Assembly: GCA_022792555.1 (NCBI GenBank)
Contig: JAAWBF010000036.1
Coordinates: 3,697 to 67,696, forward strand
Reading direction: 5' to 3'
Length of the DNA stretch: 64,000 bases
Origin: Oscillospiraceae bacterium
Lineage (GTDB): Bacteria; Bacillota; Clostridia; Oscillospirales; Oscillospiraceae
Both the position numbers and the translations under genes were made by a program. Positions 18,254 to 26,484 of the stretch are shown here, in pieces. Each line of letters opens with the position of its first letter. Position 1 is the stretch's first letter. Under the pieces are notes generated by a model. It did not search any database. It saw only the letters and a program-made list of their open reading frames with translations, and had not been told where the DNA came from.

Positions 18254-19618
18254 ATGCAAGGAACGCTATTGGTAAAACACATTGCCCAGCTTGTGACCTG
18301 TGATGAGGAGGACCGTATTCTCCAGGATGCCTATGTATTCGTCCAGGACGGCGTGATTGCAGAGATCGGTCAGGGAGAACCGGCAGCTGAGGCGGACGAG
18401 GTGCTTGATGCCTCCGGCATGGCCATGTACCCTGGTTTGATCAATACCCATCATCATCTCTACCAGACCTTCAGCCGCAACCTGCCCCAGGTGCAGAACC
18501 TGGAGCTTTTTCCCTGGCTGAAGGCCCTCTATGAGATCTGGAAGGGGCTGGACGAGGAGGCCGCATACTACAGCGCCCTCACCGGCCTGGGAGAGCTGTT
18601 AAAGACGGGGTGTACCACCTGCCTGGATCACCACTATGTCTTCCCAAAGGGGACAGGACTCGGCATTTTGGACGCCCAATTTGCCGCCGCCGATGCCCTG
18701 GGGATCCGGTTCCATGCCACCCGCGGGAGTATGGATCTGAGCGTCAAGGACGGCGGACTTCCCCCGGACAGCGTGGTGCAGACGGTAGACGAAATTCTGG
18801 CCGATTCTGAGGCGGCAGTTCAGAAATTCCACGACAGCAGCCGGTATTCCATGCACCAGATGGCTCTGGCGCCCTGCTCTCCCTTCAGCGTTACGGGAGA
18901 TCTCCTGCGGGAGTCCGCAAAGCTGGCCCGGACGCTCAAGGTCAGACTTCACACCCACCTGGCCGAAACTAAGGACGAGGAGCAGTATACCCTGGAGCGC
19001 TTTCATATGCGCCCCCTGGCCTATATGGAGAGCCTGGGCTGGATAGGGGAGGACGTCTGGTTCGCCCATGGGATTCACTTTACAGACGAAGAGCTGGACC
19101 GGCTGGCCAAGACCAAAACCGGCGTGGCCCACTGTCCCATCTCCAACATGAAGCTCTCCTCCGGGATCGCCAAGGTTCCGCAGATGCTGAAAAAGGGTGT
19201 CCCGGTGGGACTTGCGGTAGATGGCTCGGCCAGCAACGATGGATCCAATTTGATGGAGGAGCTGCGGGTGGCCTATCTGCTCCACCGCTTGAATGCCAGC
19301 CAGAAGGCGCCCAGCGGCTATGACCTGCTGAAGGTGGCCACCGTTGGAAGCGCCAGTCTGCTGGGACGGTCTGATCTGGGCCGAATCGCCCCCGATATGG
19401 CGGCGGACTTCTTCCTCATTGACTTAAAACGGCTGGAGCTGGTGGGGACTCAGTTCGACCTGGCCAGCCTCCTGTGTACGGTGGGTTTCCAGGGCAGCGT
19501 GGACTACACCATAGTCAACGGAAAGATTGTGGTCAAAGAGGGTCGGCTTGCCGGCATCGACGAACAGGCTGTTGTGGAACAGGCCAACCGCTGTGTGAAG
19601 CGGTATCTTGGACAATAA
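18254..19618 (+). CDS. Amidohydrolase, ATZ/TRZ-like (8-oxoguanine deaminase-like)
   Basis: Metal-binding INTHHHLYQT, HLAET and AHG.H motifs. 454 aa. Confidence 0.75.
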   Translation: MQGTLLVKHIAQLVTCDEEDRILQDAYVFVQDGVIAEIGQGEPAAEADEVLDASGMAMYPGLINTHHHLYQTFSRNLPQVQNLELFPWLKALYEIWKGLDEEAAYYSALTGLGELLKTGCTTCLDHHYVFPKGTGLGILDAQFAAADALGIRFHATRGSMDLSVKDGGLPPDSVVQTVDEILADSEAAVQKFHDSSRYSMHQMALAPCSPFSVTGDLLRESAKLARTLKVRLHTHLAETKDEEQYTLERFHMRPLAYMESLGWIGEDVWFAHGIHFTDEELDRLAKTKTGVAHCPISNMKLSSGIAKVPQMLKKGVPVGLAVDGSASNDGSNLMEELRVAYLLHRLNASQKAPSGYDLLKVATVGSASLLGRSDLGRIAPDMAADFFLIDLKRLELVGTQFDLASLLCTVGFQGSVDYTIVNGKIVVKEGRLAGIDEQAVVEQANRCVKRYLGQ

Positions 19619-19681
19619 AAGGGGATTTCGCTCCTGAAAGAGCGCGTTTCATGAGAAAGGAATATTTGCGCTGATTTTCGG

Positions 19682-19710
19682 TTGACAACCGCAACAGCCT
19701 GTGCTAAAAT
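19682..19710 (+). promoter_or_regulatory. SigmaA-type promoter of the tyrS T-box leader
   Basis: TTGACA (19682-19687), 17-nt spacer, TAAAAT (19705-19710). Confidence 0.75.
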
Positions 19711-19714
19711 GCGG

Positions 19715-19996
19715 ACAATCTAGGAAAACTGCGGAGATGAGGATGAGTAGCGGGACGGGACCTGCCCAGAGAACCCCCGGCTGGTGGAAGGGGGAGAGGG
19801 CCCGTTTTGTGAATACCCCTCGGAGCAGCCGCCCGAACCGCCGGAGCTTGGTGCAGTAGGGCTGGTCGGGTGCGCCCGTTACCGCGTGTGGGTGTGATGG
19901 CACCCGTTGAGGCCGTCTTTGTGAGAAGGCGGCAAACCAGAGGTGGTACCGCGTAATAAACGCCCTCTGTCCAGCCGGACAGGGGGCGTCTTTCTG
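19715..19996 (+). promoter_or_regulatory. T-box leader (tyrosine specifier) controlling tyrS
   Basis: T-box core AAACCAGAGGTGGTACCGCG (19934-19953). Terminator ACGCCCTCTGTCC/GGACAGGGGGCGT plus CTTTCT (19960-19995). Stem I elements AGAGA and GGTGGAAG. GAA-UAC specifier candidate at 19814-19816. Confidence 0.88.
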
Positions 19997-20031
19997 CGCC
20001 GCCGCCAATCCAAGGACAGGAGAATTGAGAC

Positions 20032-21258
20032 ATGACAATTTATGACGAACTGCGGGCCAGAGGGCTGATTGCCCAGATCACCGATGAGGAGGAGGTCAAG
20101 GAGCTGATCAACAGCGGTAAGGCCACCTTCTATATCGGCTTTGATCCCACGGCGGACTCCCTCCATGTGGGCCATTTTATGGCCCTGTGCCTGATGAAGC
20201 GCCTCCAGATGGCGGGGAACCGCCCCATTGCCCTGGTAGGAGGCGGCACTGGCATGGTGGGCGACCCCTCTGGCCGGACAGATATGCGCTCTATGATGAC
20301 CGTTGAGACCATTCAGCACAATTGCGAGTGCTTTAAAAAGCAGATGAGCAAATTTATCGACTTCTCCGAGGGCAAGGCCTTGATGTTAAACAACGCCGAT
20401 TGGCTGTTGAAGCTCAATTATATTGAGCTTCTGCGGGAGGTGGGGCCCTGTTTCTCGGTAAATAACATGCTCCGGGCTGAGTGCTATAAGCAGCGGATGG
20501 AGAAGGGGCTGTCCTTCCTGGAGTTCAATTATATGATCATGCAGAGCTACGACTTCTATCACATGTTCCAGACGGTGGGCTGTAACATGCAGTGCGGCGG
20601 AGATGACCAGTGGTCCAACATGCTGGGCGGCACCGAGCTCATCCGCCGGAAGCTTGGGAAGGACGCCTACGCCATGACCATCAACCTGCTGCTGACCTCC
20701 GATGGGAAGAAGATGGGCAAGACCCAGGCCGGGGCGGTGTGGCTGGACCCGGAGAAGACCAGTCCCTATGACTTCTACCAGTATTGGCGCAATATAAGCG
20801 ACGCCGATGTGCTCAAGTGCCTGCGGATGCTGACTTTCCTACCCCTGGAGCAGATCGATGAGATGGACCATTGGGAGGGCGCACAGCTCAATCAAGCCAA
20901 GGAAATTCTGGCCTTTGAGCTGACCAAGCTGGTCCACAGTGAAGAGGAGGCCCAAAAGGCCCAGGACGCCGCTCGCGCCCTCTTTGCCCAGGGCGGGGAC
21001 AAGTCCAATATGCCGTCCACCACCCTGACCGGCGGGGATTTCTCGGATGGCGCCATAGGACTGCTGGATTTGATGGTCAAGTGCGGTCTGACCGCATCCA
21101 AGTCGGAGGCCCGCCGTCTGGTCCAGCAGGGCGGTGTGGAGATCAACGGGACAAAAATAACCGATGCTACAGCCCTCCTGCCTGCCGATCAGTTTACCGG
21201 AGAGGGCGTCATGATCAAAAAGGGAAAGAAGGTCTTCCACCGGGCTGTTTCGGGATAA
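20032..21258 (+). CDS. tyrS: Tyrosine--tRNA ligase
   Basis: HIGH-type motif (LHVGHFMAL), KMSKS-type motif (KKMGKT) and a C-terminal S4 domain. Confidence 0.95.
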   Translation: MTIYDELRARGLIAQITDEEEVKELINSGKATFYIGFDPTADSLHVGHFMALCLMKRLQMAGNRPIALVGGGTGMVGDPSGRTDMRSMMTVETIQHNCECFKKQMSKFIDFSEGKALMLNNADWLLKLNYIELLREVGPCFSVNNMLRAECYKQRMEKGLSFLEFNYMIMQSYDFYHMFQTVGCNMQCGGDDQWSNMLGGTELIRRKLGKDAYAMTINLLLTSDGKKMGKTQAGAVWLDPEKTSPYDFYQYWRNISDADVLKCLRMLTFLPLEQIDEMDHWEGAQLNQAKEILAFELTKLVHSEEEAQKAQDAARALFAQGGDKSNMPSTTLTGGDFSDGAIGLLDLMVKCGLTASKSEARRLVQQGGVEINGTKITDATALLPADQFTGEGVMIKKGKKVFHRAVSG

Positions 21259-21300
21259 TATACGGTTCCCTCTCATATAGGAGAGAATCCGACAAACGTT

Positions 21301-22515
21301 ATGACTGTGGAGGAGATTACCGTGAAGGAATTGTCCAGGATTGCTGAGGCCGTACAGGCCTCTACCACAATGGCAATTGATACACTTTTTAAGCAGATGA
21401 AGGCCGAGGGTATGGATGTCATCGGCTTTGGTGCAGGCGAACCCGATTTCAACACGCCGGACGCCATCAAAGCGGCTGGAATTGCCGCCATTGAACACAA
21501 CGACACCCGCTATACGCCGGCCACCGGCACCCTAGAGCTGCGCCAGGCGGTCTGTGACCGACTGCAAATGGATTTCGGCCTGACCTATGCGCCAAACCAG
21601 GTAGCCGTCACCAACGGCGCGAAGCACGCCGTCTACGCCGCCCTTCGGGCGCTGATCAACCCTGGAGATGAAGTCATTTTACCAGCCCCATTCTGGGTAA
21701 GTTATTTAGAGCTGATCAAGATCATGGGCGGTGTGCCTGTGGTGGTCAGCGCCTCAGAGGGGGAGGACTTTAAAATCTCGGCGGAGAAGCTGGAGGCCGC
21801 CATTACCAGCAAGACCAAAGCGCTGATTCTCAATAACCCCTCCAACCCCACAGGCATGGTGTACACCAGGGAGGAGCTCCAAGCTCTGGCCAAGGTCTGC
21901 GTCAAGCATGAGATCTATGTGGTGGCCGACGAGATCTACTGTAACCTGCTCTATGATGGGGCCTCGTTTACCAGCTTTCCCACCCTGGGGGAGGATGTCA
22001 AGGACCTTACCCTGCTGATCAACGGTGTGTCCAAATCCTACGCCATGACCGGCTGGCGGATGGGCTATGTCTGTACCGGAGCCCATATTGCGAAGCTGAT
22101 CGCAAACTACCTCAGCCACTCCACCGGCTCTCCCAGTGCCATTACACAAAAAGCCGCCCTGGCCGCGCTAACCGGGCCCCAGGACGAGGTGGAGACCATG
22201 CGTCAGGCCTTTGAGGCCCGGCGGGACTATATTGTCAAGCGGATGAACCAAATTCCGGGGGTGAGCTGTCTCAAGCCCCAGGGCGCGTTCTATGTCATGA
22301 TGAACCTGGAAAAGCTGCTGGGGAAGACGGTACACAGTGTCGAGATCCACAGCGGGGACGACTTCGCAAAGGTATTTTTGGAGCAGGGCCTGGTGGCCGT
22401 GGTGCCTGGGGCCGGCTTTGGCGCGCCAAACTTTGTCCGCTGGTCCTACGCCACCTCAATGGAGAACATCACCGCTGGGCTGGACCGTCTGGGGCGTTTT
22501 TTGGAGGGAATTTAA
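21301..22515 (+). CDS. Class I pyridoxal-phosphate aminotransferase (aspartate aminotransferase-like)
   Basis: GAGEPDF, NPSNPTG and the PLP-lysine motif SKSYAMTGWR. Alternative start GTG 21322 after GGAGG. Confidence 0.88.
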   Translation: MTVEEITVKELSRIAEAVQASTTMAIDTLFKQMKAEGMDVIGFGAGEPDFNTPDAIKAAGIAAIEHNDTRYTPATGTLELRQAVCDRLQMDFGLTYAPNQVAVTNGAKHAVYAALRALINPGDEVILPAPFWVSYLELIKIMGGVPVVVSASEGEDFKISAEKLEAAITSKTKALILNNPSNPTGMVYTREELQALAKVCVKHEIYVVADEIYCNLLYDGASFTSFPTLGEDVKDLTLLINGVSKSYAMTGWRMGYVCTGAHIAKLIANYLSHSTGSPSAITQKAALAALTGPQDEVETMRQAFEARRDYIVKRMNQIPGVSCLKPQGAFYVMMNLEKLLGKTVHSVEIHSGDDFAKVFLEQGLVAVVPGAGFGAPNFVRWSYATSMENITAGLDRLGRFLEGI

Positions 22516-23949
22516 GTGAACAATCAGTATGAAAGCCCCCTGTCCTCCCGCTATGCCAGCGAAGAGATGCTCTATCTTTTCTCTCCAGACAAGAAGTTTA
22601 CCACCTGGCACCGGCTGTGGATTGCTCTGGCCAGGGCCGAGCTGGAGCTGGGACTGCCCATTACCCAGGAGCAGATCGATGAGCTGGAGGCCCACGCCGA
22701 CGAGATTGATTACCCCCTCGCCGCCCAGAAGGAGCGGGAGCTCCGCCACGATGTCATGGCCCACATCCACGCCTATGGCGCCCACTGTCCCAAGGCCATG
22801 CCCATCATCCACCTGGGGGCCACAAGCTGTTATGTGGGGGACAACACCGACATAATTCTAATGCGGGAGGGCCTGATCCTGATCCGGGATAAGCTGGTAC
22901 AGGTCCTCGCCCATCTCTCCCGCTTTGCCGCCCAGTACCGGGCGCTGCCTACCCTGGGCTTTACCCATTTTCAGCCCGCCCAGCTGGTCACAGTAGGGAA
23001 GCGGGCCACCCTCTGGATGAATGAGCTGCTGATGGATTTAGACGAGGTGGAGTACCGTATTTCTAACCTCAAGCTGTTGGGCTCCAAGGGAACCACCGGC
23101 ACCCAGGCCAGCTTTTTGGAGCTGTTCGAGGGGGATCACGAGAAGGTCAAGGCTTTGGATCGCAAGATTGCAGCTGAAATGGGATTTGACGGGGTGGTTC
23201 CGGTCTCCGGCCAGACCTATTCCCGCAAGGTGGACGCCGCCGTCCTGGCTACTCTGTCTGGCATCGCCCAGAGCGCCAGCAAGTTCGCGACCGATCTGCG
23301 GCTCCTCTGCCATTTGAAAGAGGTGGAGGAACCCTTCGAGCAGCATCAGATCGGCTCCTCCGCCATGCCCTATAAGCGCAATCCCATGCGCAGCGAGCGG
23401 ATCTGTTCCCTGGCCCGCTATGTGATGGTGGACGCCATGAACCCAGCTGTCACAGCCGCCAGCCAGTGGTTTGAGCGCACGCTGGACGACTCAGCCAACA
23501 AGCGTCTGGCTGTCCCAGAGGCGTTCCTGGCTGTGGACGCCATCCTCAGCCTCTATGCAAATATCGCCTCTCACCTAGTGGTCCACGAGAAGGTAATTGA
23601 AAAGCATGTTCGGGAGGAGCTGCCCTTTATGGCCAGCGAGAATATCATGATGGACGCGGTGAAGCGGGGCGGAAACCGGCAGGAGCTCCACGAACGCATC
23701 CGGGTCCACGCACTAGAGGCGGGCCGCCAGGTCAAGGACCTCGGCCTTCCAAACCCATTGATCGATCTCATCGCAGAGGACTCTATGTTCGGCCTGAGCA
23801 AGGAGATTTTGGCCGCCCATATGGAACCGGCGCGCTATATTGGCCGCTGTCCGGAGCAGGTGGACGAATTTTTAGCCGTTCAGGTGGCCCCCAAGCTCCA
23901 GCAGTACGCCGCAGCGTTGTCCCAGAAGGAGACGGAACTCAAAGTATAG
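22516..23949 (+). CDS. purB: Adenylosuccinate lyase
   Basis: Fumarate-lyase signature GSSAMPYKRNP. 477 aa. GTG start 7 nt after GGAGGG. Confidence 0.93.
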   Translation: MNNQYESPLSSRYASEEMLYLFSPDKKFTTWHRLWIALARAELELGLPITQEQIDELEAHADEIDYPLAAQKERELRHDVMAHIHAYGAHCPKAMPIIHLGATSCYVGDNTDIILMREGLILIRDKLVQVLAHLSRFAAQYRALPTLGFTHFQPAQLVTVGKRATLWMNELLMDLDEVEYRISNLKLLGSKGTTGTQASFLELFEGDHEKVKALDRKIAAEMGFDGVVPVSGQTYSRKVDAAVLATLSGIAQSASKFATDLRLLCHLKEVEEPFEQHQIGSSAMPYKRNPMRSERICSLARYVMVDAMNPAVTAASQWFERTLDDSANKRLAVPEAFLAVDAILSLYANIASHLVVHEKVIEKHVREELPFMASENIMMDAVKRGGNRQELHERIRVHALEAGRQVKDLGLPNPLIDLIAEDSMFGLSKEILAAHMEPARYIGRCPEQVDEFLAVQVAPKLQQYAAALSQKETELKV

Positions 23950-23956
23950 GAACGCA

Positions 23957-23995
23957 CTAGTATTTCACCAAGTCAGAAACTTGGTGAAATACTAG
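23957..23995. repeat. Perfect 17-bp inverted repeat (39-nt palindromic hairpin)
   Basis: CTAGTATTTCACCAAGT-CAGAA-ACTTGGTGAAATACTAG with no mismatches, between convergent genes. Confidence 0.8.
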
Positions 23996-24028
23996 CCCCC
24001 AGCCAGAACGGCTGGGGGCTTACTTTTT
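23994..24028 (+). terminator. Rho-independent terminator of purB (convergent region)
   Basis: AGCCCCCAGCC / GGCTGGGGGCT stem followed by TACTTTTT. Confidence 0.8.
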
Positions 24029-26063
24029 ATTCCAATGCCCAGGTGGGCGGTTGATACTGGGCGGCATAGTCCGGGTAGAGGGCCACGAGCTGATTGGAGA
24101 TCTCTCTGGCCTCCGCTGGGGTGATATCCCGTATGCGCCGGTAAATGCGGATGGTGACGCCGCTGTCTAGAGGGAAGGTGGCCTTCAGGGGCTCGTAAGC
24201 GGTTCCAAGTCCCGTGCCGCTGAGAACCGCGTCTGCCACAAGGGTCAGAATACGTTGGTTTTCCGCCCCCAAATGGGTTTGGACCGGATCGCCCACCACC
24301 AGATAATCTGCGGTCAGGATATTCCAGGAAAACCCGTCCCGCTTGTCTACCGTGGCCATATAGATGAGCTTGGTCTCAGGGCCGTCTGGGGCTGGGATAT
24401 CCATGGATCGCAGGGCGTTGGTATAGATGCTGTCGTTAAATACAAAGGAGGAGGAGACAATGGCGGCCGTCTTGGGCTCCTGGGCCGAGAGACCGTCTAC
24501 ATACATCCGCAGGGCGATGAGCTGGGCAATATCCTGCCGGCGGGGTGGGTGGTAGGTGAAGGAGGGGAGCGGCGCGGGAAAGCGGATCTCCTGGGGACTG
24601 GCGGGCTGAGGGGTTGGTAGGAGAGAACTGACTGTGGTACACGCCGCCAGGAGGGCGGCGAGGATTGGGATCGGTTTTCTCTCCGGCAGTGCTTCCAGCC
24701 CACTGGAGAGCAGGGTGACAAAGGCGGGCAGATAGAGCAGTAGATGCTGCTGCCCGTGGGATTGAATCTGTGTAAAGAGCAGCAGACAGATCAGCGGCTG
24801 GAGAAGCGCCAGTATTGCTGTCCACCGCAAGGACCGGACACGGATCAGCAGAAAGAGCCCCAGTACTAAAACTGCCGCCAGGGGGATCACGCCAAAGTAT
24901 CTGGTGAGCATCATCACATCCACCCGTCGGCCCTGATTATAGGCCGCGTAGAGATCGCCATAGCGGACAGAGAGGACCTTTTCAATCAGAAAGCTCTGGG
25001 CAAAAAAGAGACTGGTGACAGCAGCAGAGAGAAACAGGGCAAAAAAGTCCCGCCACTGCTTCCGGCGGAAGACCAGATTGGCGATCAGGGCGGCTATGCC
25101 AAAGGAGACAGCGAAAAAGAAGAAGTAGCGCCGCAAAAGAAACGTCCCAGTCAGCAGGGCGCCGGATAGAATACCTCTGGCCCAAGCGGGGCGGCTGGTG
25201 TCACTGTAACACACAAAGGCCCAGATCCCAAGTCCAGCTGCCGCCACATCCACAAAGCCTACCAGGGCCGTATAGAGTAGCATGGGGGAGGCCAGAACAG
25301 GCAGCAGTCCACCACGGCGCAGCCGTTTTCCCAGTACGCATATCCCCCACAGGGCGGGGAGCACATAGAGGTTGACAGCGGCAAAAAGATAGACATACCG
25401 TCCGGTTCCCAGTACCCGCATCACCAGGGAGACGGGAAAGGAGAGCAGGTAGTTGTATTCCTGTGTGATGACACTCTCCAGTACCAGCCGGATCTGGGCC
25501 AGATCCAGGGGCTGGCCTGCCAGCATCGTAGAGGAGTTCCAATAGATGGTGGCGTCCCAGTAATAGACGGTTGCGCTTCCCCCACTGTAGAGGGCGGTGA
25601 TCACATTGACTGCCAGGGCCAGGAGTAGCAGCTCTTTTCCGCAGGGACATTGGAGGGTTCCCCAGGTTCTGGCCGCTTTTACCAGGGCCAGCACAATCCC
25701 GGCCAGGACTAGTCCGCTGCCCAGGGCGGACAGAAGCCGGAAGGGGAGGGAGTCGATCAATAGTCCCTCGGAGGAAAACATAGCAAAGCTGGTATCCAGC
25801 AGAGCTCCCGGCACAAAAGCCAGCAGGGCGGCCAAGGCAGATTTCCAGCTCCATCCCCAGGGCAGAAGACGCTCTACCAGATGAAACCGGACGAGAAGGG
25901 CCAGACATCCTCCGGCCAGGACCATTGCCAAAAGGAGCAGGAGCTTTCCAGGCAGACGGCCCCCTAAGATAGCCCATAGCCGCACCAGGGCCAGACCGGA
26001 GAGTCCTCCAAAAACGGCAAGCCCCGCCAAAAGGCGGGGCAAGCCCTTCTGGCAGACGGCCAT
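24027..26063 (-). CDS. Large polytopic membrane protein with a C-terminal extracytoplasmic domain (GT-C/ArnT-like fold suspected)
   Basis: 678 aa with more than 12 hydrophobic segments over about 470 aa, then a soluble domain of about 200 aa. Start overlaps the HIT gene stop (TAATG). Confidence 0.5.
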   Translation of the reverse strand: MAVCQKGLPRLLAGLAVFGGLSGLALVRLWAILGGRLPGKLLLLLAMVLAGGCLALLVRFHLVERLLPWGWSWKSALAALLAFVPGALLDTSFAMFSSEGLLIDSLPFRLLSALGSGLVLAGIVLALVKAARTWGTLQCPCGKELLLLALAVNVITALYSGGSATVYYWDATIYWNSSTMLAGQPLDLAQIRLVLESVITQEYNYLLSFPVSLVMRVLGTGRYVYLFAAVNLYVLPALWGICVLGKRLRRGGLLPVLASPMLLYTALVGFVDVAAAGLGIWAFVCYSDTSRPAWARGILSGALLTGTFLLRRYFFFFAVSFGIAALIANLVFRRKQWRDFFALFLSAAVTSLFFAQSFLIEKVLSVRYGDLYAAYNQGRRVDVMMLTRYFGVIPLAAVLVLGLFLLIRVRSLRWTAILALLQPLICLLLFTQIQSHGQQHLLLYLPAFVTLLSSGLEALPERKPIPILAALLAACTTVSSLLPTPQPASPQEIRFPAPLPSFTYHPPRRQDIAQLIALRMYVDGLSAQEPKTAAIVSSSFVFNDSIYTNALRSMDIPAPDGPETKLIYMATVDKRDGFSWNILTADYLVVGDPVQTHLGAENQRILTLVADAVLSGTGLGTAYEPLKATFPLDSGVTIRIYRRIRDITPAEAREISNQLVALYPDYAAQYQPPTWALE

Positions 26064-26401
26064 TAGCCCGGAGGCCAGGTCATATCCCGGCCAGAGAGGA
26101 CGTGGAAATGCAGGTGGTAGACGCTCTGCCCCGCCTGCTCCCCGCAGTTGGAGACCACACGGAAATCTGTGATCCCCATCTCATGGGTCAGCTTGGAAAT
26201 GACTTGGAAGATGTGGCCCACTACAACGGAGTTCTCCTCCGTAATAGCGCCACAGGAGCCGATATGTGCCTTTGGAATCACTAGGAAGTGAACTGGCGCC
26301 TGGGGATCGATGTCATAAAAGGCGTAACACTGGTCATCCTCATAGACCTTTTTAGATGGGATCTCCCCGGCGATGATCTTGCAAAACAGACAATCGGACA
26401 T
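26063..26401 (-). CDS. HIT-family (histidine triad) nucleotide hydrolase
   Basis: CLFCKI N-terminus and the HLHFHVL histidine triad. Confidence 0.92.
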   Translation of the reverse strand: MSDCLFCKIIAGEIPSKKVYEDDQCYAFYDIDPQAPVHFLVIPKAHIGSCGAITEENSVVVGHIFQVISKLTHEMGITDFRVVSNCGEQAGQSVYHLHFHVLSGRDMTWPPG

Positions 26402-26484
26402 TTTGAACCCTCCGTTTTCTCACCCAAATAGCTGTGAATACAGGTGTAAGGATAGAATCTCTGCCTCCCCTTGGAGGGGGAGCG

